Origin: Gemmatimonadota bacterium | GTDB lineage: Bacteria; Gemmatimonadota; Gemmatimonadetes; Palauibacterales; Palauibacteraceae | NCBI GenBank assembly: GCA_039588275.1 | Contig: JBDHAC010000028.1 | Location: 10,007 to 74,006 of the forward strand | Length of the DNA: 64,000 nt | Reading direction: 5' to 3' | Shown here: positions 48,771 through 58,557 of the stretch, one piece after another | How positions within the stretch are numbered: position 1 is the first letter of the stretch | How the letters are laid out: every line of letters begins with the position of its first letter | The notes under the pieces: generated by a model | Told to the model about the DNA's origin: nothing | The model's input: only the letters and a program-made list of their open reading frames with translations | Databases searched by the model: none | Position numbers and translations under genes: made by a program

Positions 48771-49838
48771 GTGAGCGGAGCCACCGAGCTGGCAGCGAGG
48801 ATCATCTCCGCGGAGCCCCGTGCCCTGGCGCGAGGGATCTCGTGGGTGGAGGACGAGGCGACCGGCTTCGAAGCGCTCCTCGACGCCGTCCATTCCCACG
48901 TAGGACGGGCGCGACGGATCGGCATCACGGGACCGCCGGGCGCCGGGAAGTCCACGCTGACCGCCGAGCTGGCAGGTCTCTACCTGCAAACCGGCCTCAC
49001 GGTGGGCATCATCGCAGTGGATCCCACCAGCCCGTTCACCGGCGGGGCGCTGCTGGGTGACCGGATCAGAATGTCGGAGCTGGCGACAACGCCGGGAGTC
49101 TTCATCCGTTCGATGGCGTCCCGCGGCTCGCTCGGCGGTCTCGCGACGGCGACGCGCGAAGCAGCGGATCTGATGGACGCGGCGGGCTTCGACCGCGTGA
49201 TTCTGGAGACGCTCGGTGTGGGACAATCGGAGCTGGATATCGCGGCCTCCGCCGACACCACGGCGGTGGTGCTGGTGCCCGAATCGGGCGATGGGATCCA
49301 GGCCATGAAGGCGGGCCTGATGGAGGTCGCTGACCTGTTCGTCGTCAACAAGGCGGATCGCCCGGGCGCCGACCGGCTCGAGAAGGAGATCCGGGTGATG
49401 ATGTCGATTCGGCGCGGTAACGCCCTCCGGGACATCCCCTCACACCACGGGGCTCGCATCGAGGTGGAGTCCGTCGAGCCCGCGGAAGGGTGGGAGGCTC
49501 CCGTTCTGCAGACCGTCGCCTCGAGCGGCGAAGGGGTCCAGGAGCTGCTGGAAGCGCTCGATCACCACGCCGCCTGGCTCGCCGGCGAGGGTGAGCTGGA
49601 TCGCCGCCGCTCCGAGCAGCGGATGCGCCGGGCACGTGACGTGCTCGTGCGCAGGGTCCAGCGCGATGCGGAGAAGGTGTGGGACGGGGCCCGACCGCAG
49701 ACCAAAGAGCGGCTGACGACGGACGGAACCTCGCCTTACGCCATAGCCGCGGACCTGCACGAGCGCGTGTTCGCGGCTCACGACGCGGCGGAGGCTGCGC
49801 CCGAAGGCCAGGAACGGCCCGACAAGGAAGAGGTATGA
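48771..49838 (+). CDS. meaB: MeaB/ArgK G-protein chaperone for B12-dependent mutases
   Basis: GITGPPGAGKST, AVDPTSPFTGGALLGDRIRM, ETLGVGQSE, GDGIQAMKAG, VNKAD. Confidence 0.95.
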   Translation: MSGATELAARIISAEPRALARGISWVEDEATGFEALLDAVHSHVGRARRIGITGPPGAGKSTLTAELAGLYLQTGLTVGIIAVDPTSPFTGGALLGDRIRMSELATTPGVFIRSMASRGSLGGLATATREAADLMDAAGFDRVILETLGVGQSELDIAASADTTAVVLVPESGDGIQAMKAGLMEVADLFVVNKADRPGADRLEKEIRVMMSIRRGNALRDIPSHHGARIEVESVEPAEGWEAPVLQTVASSGEGVQELLEALDHHAAWLAGEGELDRRRSEQRMRRARDVLVRRVQRDAEKVWDGARPQTKERLTTDGTSPYAIAADLHERVFAAHDAAEAAPEGQERPDKEEV

Positions 49839-49894
49839 GGACCCCGTGCGCGTCGCGTAGCGGCGACGGATCGCACTGAAGGGAGTCATCGCCG

Positions 49895-51607
49895 ATGAGT
49901 ACAGTGCTGGATGACGGATCGCTCCGAGAGGTGACGGACCGGAGCCGGGGCACGGCGGAGGGACGGCTCGCCGAGCAGCTCGCCCTGTGGGACGAGGCGT
50001 TCGGCTCGAGACGGACCCGCGCGGACGGCAACTTCAGCAGCATCTCGGGCCGCCCCGTGAAGGCCGTCTACACGCCGCTGGACGTCGCCGACGTCGACTA
50101 TCTGCGCGATATCGGTCTTCCGGGTGAATACCCGTACACCCGGGGCCCCTACCACAGCATGTACCGGACCCGGCTGTGGACGATGCGCCTGTTCTCGGGC
50201 TTCGCCACCGCCGAGGAGACCAACGAGCGCTACAAATATCTCCTCGAGCACGGACAGACGGGGCTCTCGGTGGCCTTCGACTTTCCGACGCTGATGGGAT
50301 ACGACTCCGACGACCCCCGCTCCGAGGGAGAGGTGGGGAAGTGCGGCGTGGCGATCACCAGCCTCGCCGACATGGAGACGCTGTTCGACGGAATCCCGCT
50401 CGACGAAGTATCGGTTTCCATGACCATCAACGGGCCGGCCATCATGCTGTACTGCTTCCTGCTGGTCACGGCCGAGAAGCAGGGGGTGCCGTTCGAAAAG
50501 GTCCGCGGGACAATCCAGAACGACATCCTCAAGGAGTACATGGCGCAGCATGCCTGGATCTACCCACCCGAGCCCGCGCTCAAGATCATCACCGACATCT
50601 TCGAGTGGTCGACGGAGCACGCGCCGCTGTTCCACACGGTGTCCATCTCGGGCTATCACATCCGCGAAGCGGGCGCGACCGCCGTGCAAGAGCTCGCCTA
50701 CACGCTCAAGAACGGGTTCACGTATGTGGAGAAGGGGATCGAGAGGGGGCTCGATGTGGACGCCTTCGCGCCGCGGCTCTCCTTCTTCTGGGACGTCCAC
50801 AACGACTTCTTCGAGGAGATCGCCAAGTTCCGCGCCGGACGTCGGATCTGGGCGCGCCACATGTGCGATGTGTACGGGGCGAAGAACCCGCGCAGCCTCC
50901 AGCTCAGGACGCACGCCCAGACCGCCGGCGTGTCGCTCACGGCGCAGCAGCCGCAAAACAACATCGTGAGGGTCGCATACCAGGGGCTCGCCGCCGCCCT
51001 GGGCGGCACGCAGTCTCTGCACACGAACGCGATGGACGAGACGCTGGCGCTCCCCACCGCGGAGGCGGCGAAGATCGCGCTCCGGACCCAACAGATCCTC
51101 GCCTACGAGACGGGAGTCCCGAACACGATCGATCCGCTCGCGGGCTCCTACTACATGGAGACGCTGACCAACGAGATGGAATTGGAGGCGGAGGAGATCT
51201 TCGCCGAGATCGATGCGATCGGAGGGGTCGTGGCCGGCATCGAGTCGGGCTACTTCCAGGCGCAGATCGCCACCTCATCGCGCCGGTTCCAGGACGAGGT
51301 CGAGCGTCGGGCGCGCACCATCGTGGGCGTCAACCGGTTCGTCGAGTCCGACGAGCCTCCCATCGAGATCCTGAAGATCGGGGAGGAAGCGGCCGAGAAG
51401 CAGGAGCGGCGTCTGGAGGAGCTGCGCGCTCGTCGGGACGAAAAGGCGGTGCAGCGCGCACTGGACGCGCTCGAGGCGGCGGCACGGAACGACGAGAACG
51501 TGATGCCGCCGATGCTGGACGCGGTGCGCGAATACGCGACGCTGGGCGAGATCCGCATCGCCCTGGAGCGCGTGTACGAACGCTTCAAGGAGCCGGTCGC
51601 CTTCTAA
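49895..51607 (+). CDS. Acyl-CoA mutase large (substrate-binding) subunit, isobutyryl-CoA mutase-like
   Basis: PGEYPYTRG, WTMRLFSGF, GLSVAFD, GTIQNDILKEYMAQ, SISGYHIREAG, GGTQSLHTN. No B12-binding DxHxxG domain. Confidence 0.92.
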   Translation: MSTVLDDGSLREVTDRSRGTAEGRLAEQLALWDEAFGSRRTRADGNFSSISGRPVKAVYTPLDVADVDYLRDIGLPGEYPYTRGPYHSMYRTRLWTMRLFSGFATAEETNERYKYLLEHGQTGLSVAFDFPTLMGYDSDDPRSEGEVGKCGVAITSLADMETLFDGIPLDEVSVSMTINGPAIMLYCFLLVTAEKQGVPFEKVRGTIQNDILKEYMAQHAWIYPPEPALKIITDIFEWSTEHAPLFHTVSISGYHIREAGATAVQELAYTLKNGFTYVEKGIERGLDVDAFAPRLSFFWDVHNDFFEEIAKFRAGRRIWARHMCDVYGAKNPRSLQLRTHAQTAGVSLTAQQPQNNIVRVAYQGLAAALGGTQSLHTNAMDETLALPTAEAAKIALRTQQILAYETGVPNTIDPLAGSYYMETLTNEMELEAEEIFAEIDAIGGVVAGIESGYFQAQIATSSRRFQDEVERRARTIVGVNRFVESDEPPIEILKIGEEAAEKQERRLEELRARRDEKAVQRALDALEAAARNDENVMPPMLDAVREYATLGEIRIALERVYERFKEPVAF

Positions 51608-51639
51608 CCGCTGCGCCGCCGGGAAGGGCCGCGGGGTTA

Positions 51640-52022
51640 CCCCCCTCGCGACGCGGGAGTCGCGCGGCGCGACTCCGACGGCCGCTAGGACTGCCCCGTC
51701 AACCCTCACCCTGATCTAGCCACCCAGCATCCACCTCTGTCTCGCGTCTTACGTCGCGCACCCCCCCCTTTGAAGAGAGGAGTCGGCCGGCCGGCTTGAG
51801 CGACCGAAGTTGCGCCTCCCCATCAGGAGAGGGTCGCGGTGATCTTTCGTGAAGCGACGGTTCCTCCGGCTCCTCCCCCCTGAGGCCGGCGAGCGCCCCT
51901 CGCGAGCGACCGTAGGCGCGCGCTGGATGCGTGCGAACGGCAACGACGCGCACGCGATCTCGCGTGACCTGACGAGGTGCTGCGCCGCGCGGCTTCCGCG
52001 TCGAGCGCGAGGGGGTGCCGGC
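51640..52022 (-). repeat. Dispersed intergenic repeat family, copy 3 (inverted)
   Basis: The reverse complement of ~51880-52020 matches copies 1 and 2. The opposite end CTCGCGACGCGGGAGTCGCGCGGCG (~51646) matches the distal end of copy 2. CATCAGGAGAGGGTCG is shared (47161, 51821). Confidence 0.85.
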
Positions 52023-52063
52023 GGTCCCTGCCTGCGGGATGGCGTCGTCGCGCGGTCACCGCA

Positions 52064-52113
52064 ACCACCCCATCGGGTAGTGTTCGACGCCCACGCCCAC
52101 CCTCTGGGGTGGG
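52064..52113. promoter_or_regulatory. Two CACCC-N4-GGGT(G/A) palindromes upstream of the DUF2892/two-component unit
   Basis: ACCACCC-catc-GGGTAGT (52064-52081) and CCCACCC-tctg-GGGTGGG (52096-52113), centres 32 bp apart. Confidence 0.55.
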
Positions 52114-52291
52114 TGCAACGACCGCCCACAGGGTCGTGGCGAGAATCGGGCTTTCTGAGCATTAGTGAATCACCTGAATCCATCGCCGGCGTGTGCGGCT
52201 CCGCATCGGTGTGCGGTTCGACCGACCCAAGGCGATCGGCCGCAAGGCGGCTGCTCGCGCACGTCGGCGTCCCAGCCAGTGAGCTTGCGCT

Positions 52292-52510
52292 ATGCGATCC
52301 GTCAATCTGGCCAGCTGGGATCGCCTCCTCCGCATCCTCGTGGGCCTGGGCATGATTAGCATCGGCTGGCTCGCGCCGAGCGCCGGAGTGTGGAGCGCCG
52401 CGCTCAAGGTGCTCGGTTTCTTCCCCCTGATCACAGGCCTCTGGGGTTGGTACCCCGTCTACGCGGTGCTCGAGTTCAGCAGTCGCAGGATCTGGCCCCG
52501 CACGGACTGA
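52292..52510 (+). CDS. DUF2892 (YgaP-like) small membrane protein
   Basis: NLASWDRLLRILVG, two TM helices, LITGLWGWYPVY matching the family TG..G.CP.Y pattern. Confidence 0.8.
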   Translation: MRSVNLASWDRLLRILVGLGMISIGWLAPSAGVWSAALKVLGFFPLITGLWGWYPVYAVLEFSSRRIWPRTD

Positions 52511-52577
52511 GGAGCAGGCGGCCGCGGGCCGTGTGCGGGCTATATCTGCCGAGCGAATCACTATAGTTTTCTGTTGA

Positions 52578-53966
52578 TTGACGAGTGCGTCGTCACGAGC
52601 CGGGACCCGCCTCCTGAGTGGTGTGGATCCAGGGTCGGTCCGATTGGCTGGAGGGCCAGTGTTACCTGCGAGAGCCAGCCCCGAGCGGATCCTGACGCGT
52701 TACCGGTGGTGGTTCGTCGCCACCCTGGTCGTGCTCTTCCTTTTCGTCGAGTTCGGCCGCTATCAGCTATTCCCGTATCTGGACAGCTGGACCGGGCGGT
52801 TGGCCATGGACCTGGTCATTCTCGCCGGCGCGATCTTCTACTTCGGGCTCGTGTTCGATGCCCTCGCGGAGAGCCAGCACCGCGTCGAACGGACGAACCG
52901 CGAGCTCATCGCGCTCCACGAGGGTGTGATCGATATCCATCGGCAGCTCTCGCTCGAGGCGACGCTGCAGCGCGTGGTCGAGCGCGCCGCGCAGCTCCTC
53001 AATGCGCGAACGGCCGCCCTCGCGCTCAGAGACGGGAACGGCGATATCACGAGAATCGTGACGAGGGGCTCGATCTCGGCCGCCGAGCTGGAGCAGGAGT
53101 TGGGGATCTCTCGCGGGAACGGGGATTCGCCGCCGACCGAGCTCGCCGCCGCTCGTCCCGAGGGACTCAGATCGATCAGCGTTCCGGTCGAGTGCAAGGG
53201 ACCGACGTGCGCGGATCTGTACGTCGCTGACAGGGTGACGGGGCGCGAGTTCACCGACCAGTCGAGGGAGCGGCTCGCGCGATTCGCCACGGCAGTGTCG
53301 ATCGCGATCGACAACGCGCGCTTGCAGGAGCAGTTGCGCTCGCTCGCCGTCTCGAAGGAGCGCGTGCGAATCGGGGGAGAGCTACACGACGGGATGGCGC
53401 AGATACTCGCGTATGTGAACACCAAGGCACAGGCCGTGCGCGGCTACCTGGAGAGGGGCCACTCGGAGCAAGCGCTAGGGCAGCTCGAGCAGCTCGCCAC
53501 GGCCTCCCGCACGGCCTACACGGATGCGAGAGAAGCGATACTGGCCCTGCGCACGGAGTTGGGGCCCAGACGTCCACTGGACGAAGCCCTGTCGGAGTTC
53601 GTCGAGAGCTGGGAGGAGCAGAGCGGCATTCGGACGCAGTTGACCATCGAGGACCGCCCGAGCCTCGAGCCGATCGCCGAGCTCCAGCTTCTGCGGATCA
53701 TCCAGGAGGCACTCTCCAACGCCCGTAAGCACTCCGGAGCGGAGAGCGTCAGAGTCGGCATGCGTCGGGTGGCGGATCGCCTGCAGGTCACCGTGGCAGA
53801 CGATGGATCGGGCTTCGACCCCTACGCTCTCCAGCGCAGCGACTTTCCGCGCTTCGGGCTCGCGATCATGCGCGAGCGGGCCGAGAGCGTGGGTGGCTCC
53901 ATGACGGTCTATTCGCGGCCCGGCGCCGGGACCCGGGTCATCGTCCACGTTCCTCTGGAAGCCTGA
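52578..53966 (+). CDS. Membrane sensor histidine kinase with GAF domain, HisKA_3 (NarX-like)
   Basis: Two TM helices, GAF, ERVRIGGELHDGMAQ, RIIQEALSNARKHS, DDGSGFD, FGLAIMRERA. Start uncertain. Confidence 0.92.
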   Translation: MTSASSRAGTRLLSGVDPGSVRLAGGPVLPARASPERILTRYRWWFVATLVVLFLFVEFGRYQLFPYLDSWTGRLAMDLVILAGAIFYFGLVFDALAESQHRVERTNRELIALHEGVIDIHRQLSLEATLQRVVERAAQLLNARTAALALRDGNGDITRIVTRGSISAAELEQELGISRGNGDSPPTELAAARPEGLRSISVPVECKGPTCADLYVADRVTGREFTDQSRERLARFATAVSIAIDNARLQEQLRSLAVSKERVRIGGELHDGMAQILAYVNTKAQAVRGYLERGHSEQALGQLEQLATASRTAYTDAREAILALRTELGPRRPLDEALSEFVESWEEQSGIRTQLTIEDRPSLEPIAELQLLRIIQEALSNARKHSGAESVRVGMRRVADRLQVTVADDGSGFDPYALQRSDFPRFGLAIMRERAESVGGSMTVYSRPGAGTRVIVHVPLEA

Positions 53967-53981
53967 GGGCCAGGAGCGAAC

Positions 53982-54641
53982 ATGCGCATTCTCATTGCCG
54001 ACGATCACGCGCTCTTCCGGGATGGGCTCAGGAGCCTGCTAGAATCGCACGATATGGAGGTGGTCGGCGAGGCGAGCAACGGCCGTGAAGCCGTCGCCCT
54101 GACGTGGGCGCTGAAGCCCGACATGGTCCTCATGGATCTGCTCATGCCGGAGATGGACGGGCTCGAGGCGACGAAACGCCTCACCGCCGAGCTTCCGGAC
54201 GTGAAGGTCCTCATCCTCACGGCCGCCGATGACGACGGGAAGCTGTTCGAGGCCATCCGGTCGGGGGCGAAAGGCTACCTGTTGAAAGACCTCGAGTCGC
54301 AGGACTTCTTCACGCTCCTGGACGGTGTGGCGCGTGGCGAGCCGGCGCTGACCCCGGCGGTCGCCCGCAAGCTGTTGGACGAGTTCGCGAAGCCTCCGCA
54401 GGAGCCGAAGGAGCCATCAGATCCGCTCGGGCTAACCGAGCGGGAACGCGATGTGCTGGAGCAGCTCGTCCAGGGGACGACGTCGAACCGCGAGCTGGCC
54501 GAGACCCTGGGCGTCACCGAGAACACGGTGAAGTTCCACATGCGAAACATCCTCGACAAGCTGCACCTGCACAGCCGTGCCGAAGTCGTCGCGTATGCGC
54601 TCCGGCACCGCCTGGTCAGCGCCGAGCCCGACGACGAGTAG
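53982..54641 (+). CDS. NarL/LuxR-family response regulator
   Basis: ILIADDH, LMDLLMPEMDG, GYLLKD, LTERERDVL...TVKFHMRNILDKL. Confidence 0.95.
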   Translation: MRILIADDHALFRDGLRSLLESHDMEVVGEASNGREAVALTWALKPDMVLMDLLMPEMDGLEATKRLTAELPDVKVLILTAADDDGKLFEAIRSGAKGYLLKDLESQDFFTLLDGVARGEPALTPAVARKLLDEFAKPPQEPKEPSDPLGLTERERDVLEQLVQGTTSNRELAETLGVTENTVKFHMRNILDKLHLHSRAEVVAYALRHRLVSAEPDDE

Positions 54642-54677
54642 CCTCACCGGTCGCCTACACCTCCCCACGGACTGAGC

Positions 54678-57149
54678 ATGCATACCGCCCGGCGATTACG
54701 GCTCGAGATTCAGGGAGCGGTACAGGGCGTGGGGTTCCGTCCGCTGGTCTACCGGCTGGCAACCGAGCTGGGTCTTCGAGGTTGGGTGCTGAACGACGCA
54801 CGCGGCGTCGTGATCGAGGTGGAAGGGGTAGACGGTCGCCTCGAGGAGTTCCGCCACCGCGTGGAAGCGGAGCCTCCGGTCCGCGCGGTCGTCGACCTCG
54901 TGCGAGGGACCTGGCTGGATGCGGCAGACTTCCCGGACTTCCGCATCCGGCACAGCGATCGCGGCGGATCGAAGGAGGCGGTCGTTCTCCCGGATGTCGC
55001 CATGTGTTCGCTCTGTCGAGCCGACGTCGACGACCACGCCGACCGCCGCCATCGGTATGCATTCACGAACTGCACCGACTGCGGGCCGCGATTCACGATC
55101 ATCGAGGCGCTCCCCTACGATCGGCCGAACACGACCATGCGTCGGTTCGACATGTGCGAACCATGTCGGCGTGAGTACGAGGATCCGTCCAACCGCCGGT
55201 TCCACGCGCAGCCGAACGCCTGCGCGTCCTGCGGGCCGCAGCTCGAGCTTTGGGACGGCGGCGGGAGACCGGCGGGTGCCGGTGATGAAGCTTTGCAGCT
55301 CGCGATGGCAGCCTTGCACAGGGGGCAGATCCTGGCCGTCAAAGGCCTCGGAGGCTTCCACCTCATGGTCGATGCGCGCGACCCCGCCGCGGTCACCCGG
55401 CTCCGCGAGCGCAAGGCCAGGTACGAGAAGCCGCTGGCCCTCATGGTCGGCGCCGTCGAGGACGCCGAGCGGCTGTGTGAGGTGCCCCCCGACGCGGATG
55501 CGCTGCTCTCCTCACCGGAGGCGCCCATCGTTTTGCTTCGCCGCCTGCCCGGGAGCCCGGTCGCCGACGAGGTGGCGCCGGACAACCCGTATCTGGGCGT
55601 GATGCTGCCGTACACGCCGCTGCACCACCTGCTGGTGTCGGAGCTCGGCTTCCCGGTCGTCGCGACCAGCGGCAACCTGAGTGACGAGCCCATCTGCATC
55701 GAGAGCGACGAGGCACGGACTCGGCTGGACGGGATCGCCGACCTCTACCTGGTGCACGACCGACCCATCGCGCGTCACGCGGACGACAGCGTCGTGTGTC
55801 TGATGGCGGGCGACGCTCAACCGATCCGAAGGGCACGGGGGTATGCCCCGCTGCCCGTGATCCTGGATGCGCACCCGAAGGCGGCCCCCTCCATTCTGGC
55901 TGTCGGGGCGCACCTGAAGAACACGGTGGCCCTTTCCGTCGGCCGCCGCGTCTTCATCAGCCAGCACATCGGCGACATGGAGACCCCCCAGGCGGTGGCG
56001 GTCTTCGAGCGGGTCATCCGCGATTTCCTCGAGATGTACGAAGCTGCGCCGGTTGCCGTTGCGAGGGACCTGCACCCGGATTACGCCTCGACCCAGTGGA
56101 TCGAGCGGCTGGCCGACGGGGCCGCGGCCGGGCAGCAGGATCGTGTGGCCGATGGGTCCGCGGCCGGGAAGGGGGATCGTGTGGCCGACGGGTCAACGGG
56201 CGCGAAGCAGGATGTGGTGTGGTGGGCGCGCGCGCTGAGAGGATTGCCGCGGATCACCGTGCAACACCACCACGCACACCTCGCCTCGTGTCTGGCGGAC
56301 AACGACTCGCGGGAGCGGGCCCTGGGCGTCATTTGGGATGGGACCGGCTATGGGCCGGACGGGACCGTATGGGGTGGCGAGTTTCTGCTCGGAGACGCTG
56401 CCGGTTTCGAGCGCGTAGCCTGGCTGCGTCCCTTCAGACTGTTGGGTGGCGAAGCGGCGGTGCGCGAGCCGCGCCGCGCCGCGACCGCGGTCCTGGCGGA
56501 ATCGCTCGAGCGAGGCCACGGCGAGCGCGAGGTGTGGGGGCGGGAGGATCTGCCGCCGATCGCGACCCTGACACACGCGGAGCGCAGAACCTTCGAGCGC
56601 ATGCTGGACACGGGCTTCCGCTCCCCGATCACGACGAGCGTCGGACGGTTGTTCGACGCCATCGCGTCGCTCCTGGATATCCGGCAGCGCGCCTCGTTCG
56701 AGGGACAGGCCGCCATGCAACTGGAGTATGTCGCGGACCCGGACGTACGCGATGCATACCCGGTCGAGGTGACGGATTCGTCGTCTGCCCTGGTGCTGGA
56801 TTGGCGTCCGATCGTCCGTGCGGCTCTGGAGGACTCCGGTCGAGGCGTCGACCGCGGCGTCATCTCGGCGCGATTCCACAACGGCCTCGTGGGGGCGATC
56901 GTGGAGGTGGCCGGGGCCATCGCCGAGCCCACGGTGGCGCTTTCGGGGGGCTGTTTTCAGAATCGATTGTTGACCGAGCGAGCTCGAGAGCGGCTCATGG
57001 ATGCGGGCTTTCGGGTTCTCGTCCACAGACGCGTACCCGCCAACGACGGCGGCATCAGCCTCGGCCAGGTGGCGGTGGCCGCCGCGCGACGCGCCTCCGG
57101 CGACGACGGAGCGACGGCACACGACGACGGAGCAGGGGGGAGCGAGTAG
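54678..57149 (+). CDS. hypF: Hydrogenase maturation carbamoyltransferase
   Basis: GAVQGVGFRP acylphosphatase domain, CxxC zinc fingers, KGLGGFHL, TSGNLS, QHHHAH, GGCFQN, NDGGISLGQ. Confidence 0.96.
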   Translation: MHTARRLRLEIQGAVQGVGFRPLVYRLATELGLRGWVLNDARGVVIEVEGVDGRLEEFRHRVEAEPPVRAVVDLVRGTWLDAADFPDFRIRHSDRGGSKEAVVLPDVAMCSLCRADVDDHADRRHRYAFTNCTDCGPRFTIIEALPYDRPNTTMRRFDMCEPCRREYEDPSNRRFHAQPNACASCGPQLELWDGGGRPAGAGDEALQLAMAALHRGQILAVKGLGGFHLMVDARDPAAVTRLRERKARYEKPLALMVGAVEDAERLCEVPPDADALLSSPEAPIVLLRRLPGSPVADEVAPDNPYLGVMLPYTPLHHLLVSELGFPVVATSGNLSDEPICIESDEARTRLDGIADLYLVHDRPIARHADDSVVCLMAGDAQPIRRARGYAPLPVILDAHPKAAPSILAVGAHLKNTVALSVGRRVFISQHIGDMETPQAVAVFERVIRDFLEMYEAAPVAVARDLHPDYASTQWIERLADGAAAGQQDRVADGSAAGKGDRVADGSTGAKQDVVWWARALRGLPRITVQHHHAHLASCLADNDSRERALGVIWDGTGYGPDGTVWGGEFLLGDAAGFERVAWLRPFRLLGGEAAVREPRRAATAVLAESLERGHGEREVWGREDLPPIATLTHAERRTFERMLDTGFRSPITTSVGRLFDAIASLLDIRQRASFEGQAAMQLEYVADPDVRDAYPVEVTDSSSALVLDWRPIVRAALEDSGRGVDRGVISARFHNGLVGAIVEVAGAIAEPTVALSGGCFQNRLLTERARERLMDAGFRVLVHRRVPANDGGISLGQVAVAAARRASGDDGATAHDDGAGGSE
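56110..56217 (+). repeat. Three 36-bp tandem repeats inserted in hypF
   Basis: Encodes ADGAAAGQQDRV / ADGSAAGKGDRV / ADGSTGAKQDVV. Confidence 0.85.
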
Positions 57150-57153
57150 GCAC

Positions 57154-57423
57154 ATGTGTCTCGGAGTTCCAGGCCAGGTGGTGGAGGTTCGCGAGGATCC
57201 GCTGGGGATGACGATGGGGGTGGTCAGCTTCGCGGGGATCACGAAGGAGGTCTGTCTCGCCTACACTCCCGATGTCCAGGTAGGTGAATACGTGATCGTC
57301 CACGTGGGCTTCGCGATCAGCAAGGTCGACGAAGACGAGGCGCGTCGGGTGTTCGAGCTGCTCGAGTCGATGGACGACCTCGGGGAGCTCGACGTCCCTC
57401 AGCCCGCCTCCGAGGAGGGCTAG
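57154..57423 (+). CDS. hypC: Hydrogenase chaperone HypC
   Basis: MCLGVPG N-terminus, VGEYVIVHVGFAI. Confidence 0.95.
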   Translation: MCLGVPGQVVEVREDPLGMTMGVVSFAGITKEVCLAYTPDVQVGEYVIVHVGFAISKVDEDEARRVFELLESMDDLGELDVPQPASEEG

Positions 57424-57429
57424 CCGCTC

Positions 57430-58554
57430 GTGAAGTTCGTCGATGAGTATCGGGGTGAAGCGGAGGCACGGAAGCTGGTGGCCGCGATCGGCGATCTCGT
57501 CACGCAGCCGTGGACGCTGATGGAGATCTGCGGCGGCCAGACTCACACGCTGATCAAGTCGGGCATCGACCGCCTGCTCCCCCCCGAGTTGACGATGGTC
57601 CACGGCCCGGGTTGTCCGGTGTGCGTGACGCCCATCGAGCTCATCGATCGCGCGATCGAGATCGCCCGCCGTCCGGGCGTGACGTTCACCTCGTTCGGCG
57701 ACATGCTGCGCGTACCGGGTTCGTCCACGGATCTGCTCGGGGTCAAATCGGAGGGGGGTGACGTACGGATCGTCTACTCGCCCCTGGATGCGCTGGCGCT
57801 GGCTCGAAAGCACCCGGATCGCGAGGTGGTGTTCTTCGCGGTCGGCTTCGAAACCACCGCGCCCGCGAACGCCATGGCCGTATGGCAGGCGGAGCAGCTG
57901 GAAGTGGAGAACTTCTCCATCCTGTGCTCGCACGTGCTCGTACCCCCCGCCATGGAGGCGATCCTCGGCGCGCCCGACAACCAGGTACAGGGGTTCCTGG
58001 CGGCGGGCCACGTGTGCACGGTCATGGGCTACTGGGAATACGAGCCGATCGCGGAACGCTACCGCGTACCCATCGTCGTCACCGGGTTCGAGCCGCTGGA
58101 CCTGCTGCACGGGACGTACATGGCCCTCCGCGCGCTGGAGGAGGGCCGCTGGGGCGTCGAAAACCAATACGCCCGGTCCGTCTCACGCGACGGAAACACG
58201 CCCGCGCAGGACCTTCTCAAGGACGTCTTTCGGGTTACGGACCGCCCGTGGCGTGGGATCGGATCGATTCCACACAGCGGCTTCGAGCTCAGCCCTCGGT
58301 TCGCCGGCTTCGACGCCGCCCACCGGTTCGACGTCGATACCATTACGGCGCAGGAGTCGCCCGAGTGTATCGCGGGGGAGATCCTGAAAGGGCGGACGAA
58401 GCCTCACGAGTGCCCCGCATTCGGTACCCGATGCACGCCCGATCATCCCCTGGGCGCGCCGATGGTGTCCTCCGAGGGAGCCTGCGCGGCGTACTACGCA
58501 TACGGACGGTACGAGGAGTCCGTGCCGGTCGATATCGAGCCCGTCCGGGACTGA
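57430..58554 (+). CDS. hypD: Hydrogenase maturation protein HypD
   Basis: [29 protein letters not shown]. Confidence 0.97.
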   Translation: MKFVDEYRGEAEARKLVAAIGDLVTQPWTLMEICGGQTHTLIKSGIDRLLPPELTMVHGPGCPVCVTPIELIDRAIEIARRPGVTFTSFGDMLRVPGSSTDLLGVKSEGGDVRIVYSPLDALALARKHPDREVVFFAVGFETTAPANAMAVWQAEQLEVENFSILCSHVLVPPAMEAILGAPDNQVQGFLAAGHVCTVMGYWEYEPIAERYRVPIVVTGFEPLDLLHGTYMALRALEEGRWGVENQYARSVSRDGNTPAQDLLKDVFRVTDRPWRGIGSIPHSGFELSPRFAGFDAAHRFDVDTITAQESPECIAGEILKGRTKPHECPAFGTRCTPDHPLGAPMVSSEGACAAYYAYGRYEESVPVDIEPVRD

Positions 58555-58557
58555 TCG

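Noticed and set aside
37712..52022. CRISPR array interpretation of the dispersed repeats
   Set aside because: There is no regular repeat-spacer periodicity and no cas genes.
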